Shown here: positions 25,738 to 35,894 of the stretch, piece after piece
Numbering within the stretch: position 1 is the stretch's first letter
How the letters are laid out: every line of letters starts with the position of its first letter
NCBI GenBank assembly: GCA_964569845.1
Contig: CAZMUQ010000001.1
Location: 3,994-67,993 of the forward strand
Source of the DNA: an uncultured Candidatus Bathyarchaeia archaeon
GTDB lineage: Archaea > Thermoproteota > Bathyarchaeia > Hecatellales > Hecatellaceae
Direction of reading: 5' to 3'
DNA: 64,000 nt
The notes under the pieces: generated by a model
The model's database searches: none
Seen by the model: the letters and a program-made list of their open reading frames with translations, nothing else
What the model was told of the DNA's origin: nothing
Made by a program: the position numbers and the translations under genes

Positions 25738-26439
25738 TTAACACCTCAAAAAGTTAATCATAGATTTAAACATCAATAAACCATCTTCAGACATGTAAGG
25801 GCTAAGTATTCTTTCTGATGCTCTTTCAGGGTGAGGCATAAGTCCTACAACATTACCTTTCTCATTGCAAATTGATGCTATGTTATCTAGAGAACCATTA
25901 GGGTTTGCAGATAAGCTTGCTTTACCTTTCTCATCTACATACCTTAAAACAATTTGATTTTTTTCTTTCAGTTTTTTAAGGCCTGATTTACTGTTAAAGT
26001 ATCTTCCCTCCTTATGAGCTATAGGCATATGAAGAATTTTTCCTTCTGGTATAAGAGATGTAAATGCTGTATGGCTTCTTTCACATCTTAATGCAACCCA
26101 TTTACAAACAAATTTTAAATTGTTATTAATTAGAAGCGCACCAGGAAGCAGTTCTGCTTCAATAAGAATTTGAAAACCATTACAGATGCCAAGAATTGGT
26201 TTACCTTCCTCAGCCATTTTTTTAATTTCATCCATAGCTGGACTATGAGATGCGATAGCTCCAGCTCTTAAATAATCTCCATAAGAAAAACCACCTGGAA
26301 GGATAGCGGCATCATATCTACTATTCTTAAAAAATTTATGCCAAACAAGTTCTGCGGGTAAATCTAAAACATTCCTAAGTACATGGAAAACATCATAATC
26401 ACAATTTGACCCAGGAAACTGGATAACAGCTATTTTCAC
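25738..26439 (-). CDS. purQ: phosphoribosylformylglycinamidine synthase I (glutaminase subunit)
   Basis: It has a class I glutamine amidotransferase fold: MKIAVIQFPGSNCD, the catalytic Cys in GICNGFQ, and His/Glu in MPHPER. Confidence 0.9.
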   Translation of the reverse strand: MKIAVIQFPGSNCDYDVFHVLRNVLDLPAELVWHKFFKNSRYDAAILPGGFSYGDYLRAGAIASHSPAMDEIKKMAEEGKPILGICNGFQILIEAELLPGALLINNNLKFVCKWVALRCERSHTAFTSLIPEGKILHMPIAHKEGRYFNSKSGLKKLKEKNQIVLRYVDEKGKASLSANPNGSLDNIASICNEKGNVVGLMPHPERASERILSPYMSEDGLLMFKSMINFLRC

Positions 26440-26444
26440 TCTTT

Positions 26445-26708
26445 TTAATCACCTTTTTTAACATTAATTTTATAAGTGTGAACCACAGGATTGTATATCC
26501 TAAGCCTATTACACATATCAAAAACAGTTTTTTCAGCTTCTTTCCTATTTTTAGCTTCAATAAGAATCTTAAGATACTTCCCTGTTCTAACAGATTTGAT
26601 ATGCTCATACCCTCCCTTGATAATCAAATCCTTTTTTATTGTTTCTCCCTCTGGATCTCTTGCAGCAGGCTTATTTTCAATTATAACCTCTACAATAAAA
26701 TTTCTCAT
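26445..26708 (-). CDS. purS: FGAM synthase PurS subunit
   Basis: It is 87 aa and shows the PurS pattern (…VIIENKPAARDPEGETI…). It overlaps purC by 4 nt. Confidence 0.85.
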   Translation of the reverse strand: MRNFIVEVIIENKPAARDPEGETIKKDLIIKGGYEHIKSVRTGKYLKILIEAKNRKEAEKTVFDMCNRLRIYNPVVHTYKINVKKGD

Positions 26709-27439
26709 TTACATCTACCAACAATTAACTTGTAGCTTTCATCGTAAACTTTGCTAACTTTTTCAAGGCTTTCTCCACTTCTGTAAACATCTTTATCTAA
26801 GGATTCGCCAGTATCTTTTTTCCAAAGCCTCATACAATCAATATTTAATTCATCTCCGATTCTTAACCTTCCTCTACTATCCCTACCAAACTCAAGCTTA
26901 AAGTCAACAAGTTGTAAACCAAGCTTATTCATAAATTTACTCAAAATCCTGTTGGCTTTTCTTGTTATATTTTTAATTTTTTGCACCTCATTTTTGTTCA
27001 TCAAATTAAAGGCAATTAAATGTTCTTCGGATAAAAGTGGATCATGAAGTTTATCATCCTTAAGGTAAAATTCTATTAAAGGTTTTTTTAATTTTTCACC
27101 TTTAGTAAAAAATGGATAGTTTTTAACTAGATGTCCTGCAGCAATATTTCTACAAACAACTTCAACAGGAATCATTTTCAACTTTCTAACTTTCATTGTT
27201 GCTGGACCTATAAGGCTGATAAAATGTGTTGGTATCCTGTTTTTTTCTAGTAGATGAAAAAGTTTTGCTGAAACTTCAGCGTTGATTTTACCTTTCCCAT
27301 TAATTGTATCATGTTTTTTTCCATCTAATGCTGTAATGTCATCTTTAAATCTTAAGATAACTTTGTCATTTTCCCTTGTAGAATAGACAATCTTAGTTTT
27401 TCCTTCGGCTATTTTTTCCCCTAAAATATTTTCCTCCAT
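26705..27439 (-). CDS. purC: phosphoribosylaminoimidazole-succinocarboxamide synthase (SAICAR synthetase)
   Basis: 244 aa. It has GKTKIVY, IPVEVVCRNI and the LVDFKLEFG region. Confidence 0.9.
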   Translation of the reverse strand: MEENILGEKIAEGKTKIVYSTRENDKVILRFKDDITALDGKKHDTINGKGKINAEVSAKLFHLLEKNRIPTHFISLIGPATMKVRKLKMIPVEVVCRNIAAGHLVKNYPFFTKGEKLKKPLIEFYLKDDKLHDPLLSEEHLIAFNLMNKNEVQKIKNITRKANRILSKFMNKLGLQLVDFKLEFGRDSRGRLRIGDELNIDCMRLWKKDTGESLDKDVYRSGESLEKVSKVYDESYKLIVGRCK

Positions 27440-27463
27440 TTTTAAGAAAAAGATTAACTTATA

Positions 27464-27482
27464 CCTATATAAAAGTTTTTGA
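27464..27482 (-). promoter_or_regulatory. putative BRE/TATA promoter of the purC-purE operon
   Basis: The minus strand reads gtCAAAAACTTTTATATAgg, about 30-37 nt upstream of the purC ATG. It has a TATA-like octamer TTTATATA with a purine-rich BRE-like element upstream of it. Confidence 0.3.
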
Positions 27483-27727
27483 CTAATTTTTTAGTATAAT
27501 AGTAAATTTTTTACATAAATATGTTTATATAGTCAATGAAAATATATCATTTAGTACAAAAACTTAGCCAAAAAGTAAGGTTAAAACAAATTTTCATCAT
27601 TAAGCCTTATTTGACATTCTTATTTAGCACTCATTAGGATTATAAACAGTTAGACTTATTTACTCAACCCTAGAAGAAAGATTAATAAGTAAACTATTGT
27701 TGCAATGGTTGTTGAGGAGACATATCT

Positions 27728-27961
27728 ATGACAACTGAAGCAATAAAAAAACCAATAGTCTTTTTGATGAAAAATATTAGAAGTAATGTTAGAGTAAAAC
27801 TTAAAAACGATTTAGAGTATCGTGGTAGACTTATTCAATGTGACACCTACATGAATCTCATTCTTAATGATGCAACAGAGTATAGTGACAATGTACCAAC
27901 AACAGAATATGGAAATGTTTTCATCCGCGGAAATAACATAATATTCATTTCGTTTGAATAA
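27728..27961 (+). CDS. Sm-like archaeal protein (LSm/SmAP)
   Basis: It has the Sm1 motif (VRVKLKNDLEYRGRLIQCDTYMNLILNDATE) and Sm2 motif (NVFIRGNNIIFI). It is 77 aa long. Confidence 0.85.
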   Translation: MTTEAIKKPIVFLMKNIRSNVRVKLKNDLEYRGRLIQCDTYMNLILNDATEYSDNVPTTEYGNVFIRGNNIIFISFE

Positions 27962-27991
27962 ATTAAAGTAAACTTAAGTGGATGAAGAAAA

Positions 27992-29212
27992 GTGGGGCGA
28001 ATATTTGTAGAAAAGATAGTTGGAAAACCAGTATTTGAGCAAAGCATCGAAATTGTTGAAAGAAAAGGTAAAGGCCATCCAGACTATATCTCAGACATGT
28101 CTTCTGAGTGTTGCTGTAAAGCTTTATGCAAGTATTACCTAGAAAATTTTGATGTAATTTTACACCACAATGTTGATAAAAGCTTAGTTGTTGGCGGTAA
28201 ATCTAACCCAAAATTTGGCGGTGGTTATGTTGAAGAACCTATAGAAATTATTGTAGCCGGAAGAGCTGTAACTACCGCAAAAAGAAATAAAGATTTAATT
28301 GAAATCCCAGTTAAGAAACTTTGTATTAATGCTATTAGGGAGTACTTATTGAATAACTTTAGATTCCTAGACCCAGAAAAGCATGTAAAAATTGACTGCA
28401 AAATTAAGCAGGGGTCGGTAGACTTAGTAAAGATTTTTGAAAGTAAACGTAGTGTCCCGCTATCAAATGATACTTCCTTTGGAGTTTCCTTTGCACCTTT
28501 AACACCAACAGAAAAACTTGTACTTGAAACAGAAAAATACTTAAACTCAGAAAAATTTAAGAAGGAACTTCCTGAAGTAGGGGAAGATATTAAGGTTATG
28601 GGTTTAAGAAGAAAAAACAAAGTTAGGCTAACAATTTCAGCTGCAATGGTAAGTAGCCTAATCTCTGATAAGGATCATTATCTCAATGTGAAGGAGGAAG
28701 TTACTAATAAGGTTAAAGATTTTGCAGTTAAGCTTGTGGGTAAAGAGCTGGAAGTTAATGATGTTAAGGTAAATGTTGGAGATAATTTTAGAAAGGGAAT
28801 TTTCTATTTAACAGTTACAGGAACATCTGCTGAACAAGGTGATGATGGTAATGCTGGTAGGGGTAACAGAATTAATGGATTAATAACACCTTGCAGACAA
28901 ATGAGTCTTGAAGCTACAGCTGGAAAAAACCCTGTAAGTCATGTTGGAAAGATATATAATCTTCTGGCTAAAATTACGGCTGAAAAAGTATGTAATGAAG
29001 TTAAGGGTATTAGAGAGGTTTATGTTAAAATACTTAGTAGCATTGGTAAACCTATAACTGAACCGCAAATTGTAAGTATCCATGTAAACTTAGAAAAAGG
29101 TTATTCCCTCAGAAATATTGCTGCAGATATCAAATCCATCGTTTATGAAGAAACAGCAAATGTTCAAAAACTTACAAGCCAAATTATTGAAGGAAAATTT
29201 GAACTTTTTTAA
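27992..29212 (+). CDS. mat: archaeal-type S-adenosylmethionine synthetase (methionine adenosyltransferase)
   Basis: About 400 aa with the archaeal MAT signature [13 protein letters not shown] near the N-terminus. This is distinct from the bacterial MetK. Confidence 0.8.
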   Translation: MGRIFVEKIVGKPVFEQSIEIVERKGKGHPDYISDMSSECCCKALCKYYLENFDVILHHNVDKSLVVGGKSNPKFGGGYVEEPIEIIVAGRAVTTAKRNKDLIEIPVKKLCINAIREYLLNNFRFLDPEKHVKIDCKIKQGSVDLVKIFESKRSVPLSNDTSFGVSFAPLTPTEKLVLETEKYLNSEKFKKELPEVGEDIKVMGLRRKNKVRLTISAAMVSSLISDKDHYLNVKEEVTNKVKDFAVKLVGKELEVNDVKVNVGDNFRKGIFYLTVTGTSAEQGDDGNAGRGNRINGLITPCRQMSLEATAGKNPVSHVGKIYNLLAKITAEKVCNEVKGIREVYVKILSSIGKPITEPQIVSIHVNLEKGYSLRNIAADIKSIVYEETANVQKLTSQIIEGKFELF

Positions 29213-30098
29213 CAGGCTTACCCAGTACCACAAAATCTAAAACATCTTTAAATGAGATTTCTAAGTTAAATTTACGCTTAAAAAATTTTGAAATATTTTT
29301 AAGATCTCTCTCAAGAATTTGTTGCGCATTAGGATGATTAATAGTTACATATTGAGGCCAATCTATTATCTGAATATTTCTTTCCTCTTCATCTAATAAA
29401 ACGTTATACTCGCTCAGGTCTGCATGTATTACTCCTGCTTTACGGTAAGCTAATTTAACGTTTTCTAATATCTTCAAAAAAACATTTTCAGGATCCTTTA
29501 AATGTTTAAACTCTATAAGTCTAATTCCTTCAATTTTTCCCATTAAAACAGCATGCCTATTTTGGGAGATAGGTTTAGGAACAGAAACCCCATAACTATA
29601 AAGTTTTTTTAAGGCTTCGTATTCTTTTTCAGCAGCAATTTTAGATCGAAAAAGCCAAAAAGTTTTAGGTTTTCCATAGCTTCTAACCTTGGCTGTTTGT
29701 CTAAAACTTATTCTTCCAAGTCTATGAAATTTTAATGCTGCTACATCGCCTTCTGGTGTTAATGCCTCATATACATCTGCCTCTTTTCCTACTCCTAAAG
29801 GGCCTCCTACTGCCTCTAAAAATCCAGAATTAACAAAGAATCTTAAGGCTAAAAAATCATAACCAATATAGTTTAAGCAATAACCTCTATATGGAGATGT
29901 AATGCTTCTAACAAGTCTTAAACGACTTATACGGTTAACTCTATACTCAACTTTATCAATTGGGAGCTTAGAATATTCAACAATCTTCTCAAAGGGGACA
30001 TACTCATAATTTTTCATACCTGACTCAATAGCTAACAATACTTTAAAATCCTCAGCTTCAATTTCCTTAAATTTCTCCATGAAAGATTTAAAAGACAT
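29184..30098 (-). CDS. rio2: RIO2-type atypical serine/threonine protein kinase with an N-terminal winged helix
   Basis: It has an N-terminal wHTH, then a RIO kinase core (ALKFHRLGRISFR, the HADLSEYNVLL catalytic loop, and the IDWPQ metal-binding DFG-equivalent). Confidence 0.8.
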   Translation of the reverse strand: MSFKSFMEKFKEIEAEDFKVLLAIESGMKNYEYVPFEKIVEYSKLPIDKVEYRVNRISRLRLVRSITSPYRGYCLNYIGYDFLALRFFVNSGFLEAVGGPLGVGKEADVYEALTPEGDVAALKFHRLGRISFRQTAKVRSYGKPKTFWLFRSKIAAEKEYEALKKLYSYGVSVPKPISQNRHAVLMGKIEGIRLIEFKHLKDPENVFLKILENVKLAYRKAGVIHADLSEYNVLLDEEERNIQIIDWPQYVTINHPNAQQILERDLKNISKFFKRKFNLEISFKDVLDFVVLGKPVKKVQIFLQ

Positions 30099-30120
30099 GG
30101 TAAAGTCTACAATAGTAGAG

Positions 30121-31737
30121 TTAAGTAGTTAGCTTACTTCTTTTTAAACATGCAGCAATAAACCCATAGTAAATAGGGCTAGGTTTATCAGGCCTACTTT
30201 TAAATTCAGGATGAAATTGTGTTCCAACATGGAAAAAGTTTGATGGAAGTTCAAAAGCTTCAATTCTTTTACCATCTAAACTTTTACCGGAAAAAATAAG
30301 GCCGTTATTCTCTAGTATTTCCCAATATTTTGGGTTTATCTCAAATCTATGCCTATGCCTTTCATAGATAATTTCATTGGAGCCGTAAAGCTTATAGATT
30401 AAACTTCCAGGTTTAAGCCTTATTGCATGAGCACCAAGCCGCATTGTTCCACCAAGCATTTTAACATTTTTTTGCTCAGGCAGATAATCTAAAATTGGGT
30501 GTGGCGTTTCAGGATCATTTTCAACACTATTCGCCTTTTCTAAGTTACATACATTTCTTGCAAATTCAACAGCAGCCATTTGAAATCCAAAGCATACCCC
30601 TAAAAATGGTATGTTATGTTTTCTAGCATATTCTATAGCTAGAATTTTTCCTTCAGTTCCTCTTGGACCGAAACCTGGTGGAACAAGTACACCATCATAT
30701 GCATCTAAAATTTCAAGCTTAGATTTATCTTCTTCAAAAACTTCAGTTTCAATCCAATCTATTTTTACAGATGTTTTAAGGGACGCTCCTGCATGTTTTA
30801 AAGCCTCATTTATACTTATATAGGAATCTGCAAGCTTTGTATATTTTCCACACATTGCGATTTTTACGCTATAGCTTGGATTTAAGAATCCATCAAGAAT
30901 TTTTATCCAATTATCCCAAACAGGTTTTCTTTTTTGAAGTCCTAATCTTTCACAGATGTAATCTCCCATTCCTTGCCTATCAAGAACTAAAGGTAGTTCA
31001 TAAATACAGTCTATCGTTGGAGAGCAAAAAACACATTTTTCTTCAACATTTGCAAATAACGCTATCTTCTTCTTAACATCAGGTTCAATCATAGTTGCAC
31101 ATCTTGCAACAACTATATCTGGTTGAATCCCTATTCTTCTAAGCTCATTTATACTATGCTGAAGAGGTTTTGTTTTCTGTTCCTTTGTTGTTTCAAGAAT
31201 GGGTACAAGAGCAACGTGAACAAAAAGAGTATTTAAGAATCCTTCTTCAAGCCTCATTTGTCTTGCAGCTTCAAGAAAAGGTAAACCTTCAATATCTCCT
31301 GCTGTTCCACCAATTTCTGTTAAAACAACATCAACTCCGCTATCCTTAGCAACTAGACGTATCCTAGATTTTATTTCATCAGTTATATGTGGAATTATTT
31401 GAACACATTTCCCAAGATATTCTCCTTTTCTTTCTTTCTCAATTACACTACCATAAATTTGCCCTGTTGTTATGTTGTTATCTTTTCTCATCTGAACATC
31501 AAGAAATCTTTCATACCAACCTAAATCTAGGTCTGTTTCTCCGCCATCATCAGTCACAAAAACTTCTCCATGCATTAATGGATTCATTGTACCTGCGTCA
31601 ACATTTACATAAGGATCTATTTTTATGGCTGTTACGCTGAACCCTCTAACTTGGAGCATTTTACCTATAGATGCAACTGTTACTCCTTTTCCTACGCTTG
31701 AGAGTACGCCTCCACTGACAAATATGTATTTTATCAA
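30121..31737 (-). CDS. pyrG: CTP synthase
   Basis: 538 aa. The N-terminus reads IFVSGGVLSSVGKGVTVASIG. It has a C-terminal GATase domain (GVCFGFQ with the catalytic Cys) and the HRHRFE segment. Confidence 0.95.
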   Translation of the reverse strand: MIKYIFVSGGVLSSVGKGVTVASIGKMLQVRGFSVTAIKIDPYVNVDAGTMNPLMHGEVFVTDDGGETDLDLGWYERFLDVQMRKDNNITTGQIYGSVIEKERKGEYLGKCVQIIPHITDEIKSRIRLVAKDSGVDVVLTEIGGTAGDIEGLPFLEAARQMRLEEGFLNTLFVHVALVPILETTKEQKTKPLQHSINELRRIGIQPDIVVARCATMIEPDVKKKIALFANVEEKCVFCSPTIDCIYELPLVLDRQGMGDYICERLGLQKRKPVWDNWIKILDGFLNPSYSVKIAMCGKYTKLADSYISINEALKHAGASLKTSVKIDWIETEVFEEDKSKLEILDAYDGVLVPPGFGPRGTEGKILAIEYARKHNIPFLGVCFGFQMAAVEFARNVCNLEKANSVENDPETPHPILDYLPEQKNVKMLGGTMRLGAHAIRLKPGSLIYKLYGSNEIIYERHRHRFEINPKYWEILENNGLIFSGKSLDGKRIEAFELPSNFFHVGTQFHPEFKSRPDKPSPIYYGFIAACLKRSKLTT

Positions 31738-31840
31738 CTTCTAGCCCTTACATTAAATAGCCTATAACTTAACATTTAATTAATTTTTCTTTATTCTTTA
31801 ACCTAAAAATTTAATTGCATAAAAAGATATCAGCCTAATT

Positions 31841-33595
31841 GTGGTGATGTTGAAAAAACCTGAAACTAGCTTAGAAGATGTTGTAGCTGCTGCTAGAGGA
31901 GATAAAATTGCAGATATTTTGATTAAAAATGTTTCAATGGTTAACGTATTCACAGGTGAAATTTATGAAACATCTATAGCTCTTTATGGTGGATATATTG
32001 TTGGATTTGGAGAGTATAAGGCAAGAAAAATTTTAGATGCTAAAAATATGTATGCTTGCCCAGGTTTTATCGATAGTCATGTACATGTTGAAAGCTCTAT
32101 GGTAACGGTTTCAGAGTATGCTAAAGCTGTTGTACCAAGAGGAACGACAGCTGTGGTTGCTGATCCTCATGAAATAGCTAACGTTTTAGGTTTAGATGGA
32201 ATTAAGTTCATGATTGAAAATGGTAAGGAAAGTATCCTAAGATTTTATGTTATGCTTCCATCATGTGTTCCTGCAACAAACATGGAAACTTCTGGTGCAA
32301 GGTTAGAAGCTAGGGATCTCTTAACTTTGGTCGGGGAAGAAGAAGTAATAGGATTAGCTGAAATGATGAATTATCCAGGAGTAGTTTCAACTCAACCAGA
32401 TGTTATGGAGAAGTTAAAGGCTTTTAAAGATAAAGTTATTGATGGTCACGCTCCAAGCCTTGTGGGCAAGGAACTTTATGCTTACGTTTCAGCTGGAATA
32501 GGTTCAGACCATGAATGTGTAAGATTAGAGGAGGCAGGAGAGAAGATTAGGGTAGGTATGAGAATAATGCTGAGAGAGGGTTCAACAGAGAAAAATCTTA
32601 AGGATCTTTTACCCTTAGTAAACGAAAAAAACTATAGGAGATGTCTTTTCGCTTCAGATGATAGGCACCCATCAGACCTTCTACTTGAGGGGCACATAGA
32701 TTTTATGGTTAAAACTGCTATAAGCTTTGGCATAGATCCTGTTATTGCTATTCAAATGGCCACAATTAATGCTGCTGAATATTTTGGTTTAAGAAGAATT
32801 GGAGCATTAGCTCCAGGATATTATGCTGACCTTATCATTCTGGATAGTATTAAAAGTAATTTTAACATTAAGATGGTTTTTGTCGGCGGCAAAATTGTTG
32901 CTATGGATGGTAAACTTGTTATTGAATCTAAACCATGCGTAAAGCTGGCTAAGAGTCCAATGAATGTTAGATGGGAAAGTTTGGAAAAAATTGAGGTTTT
33001 TGCTAAGGATAAACTTATAAACGTTATAGGGGTTTATCCAGATCAAATTTTAACTAAGAAGCTTATCTTTGAAGCTAAGGTAGAAAATAGTAAAATTGTT
33101 TCTGATGTTGAAAGAGATATTTTAAAAGTAATTGTTGTTGAACGATATGAAGGATCTGGAAACGTTGGTATAGGGTTTGTTAAAGGTTTCGGCTTAAAAA
33201 ATGGTGCACTAGGTTCTTCAGTTGCACATGACTCGCATAATATTGTTGCTGTTGGTGTTAATGATGAAGATTTAAAGATGGTAGTTAGGGAGATAGCTAA
33301 AATGGGTGGAGGAATGGTTGTTATTAAAAATAAAGAAATTTTAGCTTCATTACCCTTACCTATTGCAGGTCTTATGTCTGAAAAAACGTTAGAATTTGTT
33401 AAAGATAAGTTGGATGAGCTTACTTTAGCATCTAAAAGTATTGGTTGCATACTCCCAAATCCCTTTATGACCTTGTCTTTTATTTCTCTTCCCGTTATAC
33501 CTGAGATAAGGTTAACAGATAAAGGACTTGTCGATGTAACTAAAAACAGGTTTATTTCAATTTTTTCTGATAAAAACGACATTTCTACTTCATAG
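31841..33595 (+). CDS. ade: adenine deaminase (amidohydrolase superfamily)
   Basis: 584 aa. The metal-binding motif is GFIDSHVHVESSM, and the domain organisation is that of adenine deaminase. Confidence 0.85.
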   Translation: MVMLKKPETSLEDVVAAARGDKIADILIKNVSMVNVFTGEIYETSIALYGGYIVGFGEYKARKILDAKNMYACPGFIDSHVHVESSMVTVSEYAKAVVPRGTTAVVADPHEIANVLGLDGIKFMIENGKESILRFYVMLPSCVPATNMETSGARLEARDLLTLVGEEEVIGLAEMMNYPGVVSTQPDVMEKLKAFKDKVIDGHAPSLVGKELYAYVSAGIGSDHECVRLEEAGEKIRVGMRIMLREGSTEKNLKDLLPLVNEKNYRRCLFASDDRHPSDLLLEGHIDFMVKTAISFGIDPVIAIQMATINAAEYFGLRRIGALAPGYYADLIILDSIKSNFNIKMVFVGGKIVAMDGKLVIESKPCVKLAKSPMNVRWESLEKIEVFAKDKLINVIGVYPDQILTKKLIFEAKVENSKIVSDVERDILKVIVVERYEGSGNVGIGFVKGFGLKNGALGSSVAHDSHNIVAVGVNDEDLKMVVREIAKMGGGMVVIKNKEILASLPLPIAGLMSEKTLEFVKDKLDELTLASKSIGCILPNPFMTLSFISLPVIPEIRLTDKGLVDVTKNRFISIFSDKNDISTS

Positions 33596-33610
33596 AGAGT
33601 TGATAGTAAA

Positions 33611-34198
33611 ATGGAAAAGAAGACAATTTCATACGAATATTACTCTCCAACAAAAATTTTTCATATGTCTCAAAAATTGGGTATAAAAATCTTGGAAAGC
33701 GGATTTAAACCTAATTGTCTTGTAGGAATTAGTAGAGGTGGCTTATGGATTGTACGGATTTTGGCGGATATACTTGATATATCAGACATTTTTACAATCT
33801 TCATAAAATACTATACTGGAATAGCTGAAACTCGTGAAAAACCTGAAATACTGCAAAAACCTCCTGAACATTTCATAAAAAATAGGACTATTGTCATTGT
33901 TGACGATGTTGCTGATAAAGGATACAGCCTCCAAGCTGCTGTAAATCTTCTTAAAAGCATGAATGTAGGTGACATTAAAACTGCAACTCTACACTATAAA
34001 CCTTGGTCTATCATTAAACCAGACTATTATGTTAAAGAAACTAGTAGCTGGGTAATTTATCCATGGGAAATCTATGAAACAATAAGAATGATAATGGAGA
34101 AGAAAGGTTTAACATATGAGGAAAAAGTTAAAGAGTTAAGGAGAACAGGAATCCCTAGAAAGTACCTTAAACCGGAACATTTAAGTAAATTTACTTAA
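33611..34198 (+). CDS. hpt: purine phosphoribosyltransferase (archaeal hypoxanthine/guanine PRTase type)
   Basis: It has the PRPP-binding motif IVIVDDVADKGYSL. The 195-aa length and the context (ade, mtnP, purA) fit. Confidence 0.75.
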   Translation: MEKKTISYEYYSPTKIFHMSQKLGIKILESGFKPNCLVGISRGGLWIVRILADILDISDIFTIFIKYYTGIAETREKPEILQKPPEHFIKNRTIVIVDDVADKGYSLQAAVNLLKSMNVGDIKTATLHYKPWSIIKPDYYVKETSSWVIYPWEIYETIRMIMEKKGLTYEEKVKELRRTGIPRKYLKPEHLSKFT

Positions 34199-34212
34199 AG
34201 AGCTGAAATTTT

Positions 34213-34998
34213 TTATATTCTTGCATTTTTGAGAGCATCCTTACATGGACATCTTCTTTCGTGCGGTATTTTTGGAATTAAATTGTAAATTAATTTTTTA
34301 ACATTTTCGACATTCCTGTTTAAAGTTTCAACAAGTTCTTTTGCACTTAATGGTTTAGGATGCCAGACATCATAATCAGTAACCATTGCAATGTTTACAT
34401 AGCACATTTCAAGTTCTCTAGCAAGAACAACTTCAGGGTAAATAGTCATGTTAATTACCTCCCAGCCAAAACTTTTAAACCATTCACTTTCAGCCTTAGT
34501 ACTAAATCTTGGACCTTGAATCACTACTGCTGTCCCCCTTTCATGTATGGGTAAATTTAATTCTTCACCAACCTTTACTGTTAACTCACGTAACTCAGGA
34601 CAATATGGTTCAGCCATAGCAACATGTGTTGTTATAGGTCCATCATAAAACGTATCATCTCTACCGGTTGTTCTATTAATAAACTGGTCACAAATTACAA
34701 AATCTCCAATTTTAACATGGGGTTGCAAACTCCCAACAGCGCAAGGTGCAATAATTCTTTCAACTCCAAGCTGCTTTAAAGCCCAAATATTTGCCTTATA
34801 CGGAACCTTGTGTGGCGGGTATTGATGGTATCTTCCATGTCTAGGTAAAAATGCAACTTTTTTCTTACCGATTTCTCCAATAGCTATCCTATCCGATGTA
34901 GGACCGTAGGGTGTATCTACCTTAATTTCTTCAGGGTTGCTTAAAAGAGCATATAAACCTGTTCCACCAATTACAGCTATCTTAACATTTTTCAACAT
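34213..34998 (-). CDS. mtnP: S-methyl-5'-thioadenosine phosphorylase / purine nucleoside phosphorylase (PNP/MTAP family)
   Basis: The N-terminus IAVIGGTGLY is the phosphate-binding motif. The MTAP-family core is present. It is 261 aa long. Confidence 0.85.
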   Translation of the reverse strand: MLKNVKIAVIGGTGLYALLSNPEEIKVDTPYGPTSDRIAIGEIGKKKVAFLPRHGRYHQYPPHKVPYKANIWALKQLGVERIIAPCAVGSLQPHVKIGDFVICDQFINRTTGRDDTFYDGPITTHVAMAEPYCPELRELTVKVGEELNLPIHERGTAVVIQGPRFSTKAESEWFKSFGWEVINMTIYPEVVLARELEMCYVNIAMVTDYDVWHPKPLSAKELVETLNRNVENVKKLIYNLIPKIPHERRCPCKDALKNARI

Positions 34999-35072
34999 TA
35001 AAGCTCCCCTAATAAAATATCCTTTTTTATTTGGAAAATAAAAGTTATGTTAAGTTACCTTATCAGATTTAT

Positions 35073-35792
35073 TTAAAAGTTCCTCTTGTCAATTAATGCT
35101 ACTTTTTTTATTAAAAGGTAGCCTGAATCATGTTCCCATACTTTTTCAATATCTAAAAATTCTATTCTTTTCTTGAAGAATGGAGCATCTTTTACAAAGG
35201 TTTCTCCCTCACCACCCTCAAGTGAAATGTGTATACCATACTTCTTGCTAAGAAGCTTTAGTTCTTCAAGTGCTTCAAAATCTAGCTTTCTGTTAAGCCA
35301 TTTCTCTGTAAAACCTTCGGCTGATACAGCTGTAAAAACAACATCAAATCCTTGGCTTATTATTTCTCTTAAGATATTTTCAGGGTTTTTATGCCATAAT
35401 GGTGTTAGATGCTTTAAACCTAATCTTTCACAGATATCATCAACCCTTGTTTTCTGATAGTTGCTTTCAACAACTCCCGAAACTACAGCTTCAAAATTAA
35501 TGTTAAGCTTTAATTCTTTTAGAAAATTTTCAAGGTCTTTTGCTTCTTCCTCTTTAATCCCCTTGGTTTGAAGTTTATAAAGCTTAATTCCAATAGCTTC
35601 AGCTTGTAGTGAAGTTAAATCTATGCAAGGGTAATGAAACATCCATGATTCAGGATTTAGAGGTTTAACTGTTAACAACCCCGCAACATTGTAACCCATT
35701 TTTATAGCTTTCCACACGCTCAACGTTGAATCTTTTCCACCAGAAAATAATGCTAAAACCTTTATTTTCCTCACGCGGAAACCACCAAACAC
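35073..35792 (-). CDS. PP-loop ATPase of the MJ0570/diphthine-ammonia ligase (Dph6) family
   Basis: It has the SGGKDS PP-loop (ALFSGGKDST), an alpha-hydrolase fold and the C-terminal EGGEGETF motif. Confidence 0.7.
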   Translation of the reverse strand: MFGGFRVRKIKVLALFSGGKDSTLSVWKAIKMGYNVAGLLTVKPLNPESWMFHYPCIDLTSLQAEAIGIKLYKLQTKGIKEEEAKDLENFLKELKLNINFEAVVSGVVESNYQKTRVDDICERLGLKHLTPLWHKNPENILREIISQGFDVVFTAVSAEGFTEKWLNRKLDFEALEELKLLSKKYGIHISLEGGEGETFVKDAPFFKKRIEFLDIEKVWEHDSGYLLIKKVALIDKRNF

Positions 35793-35894
35793 TTATTAAA
35801 AATGTTTATGAAGAGATAATCTTAAAGGTTTAAATAAGGGTAATCTAAAGGTAGCAATGTTAGTTAGGTATGTAGGTTAGGGTGATATCAAACC

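Noticed and set aside
26399-26757. Overlapping short ORFs 26399..26608(-), 26478..26735(+) and 26491..26757(+) around purS/purQ
   Set aside because: purS and purQ account for the region, and the others are alternative frames.
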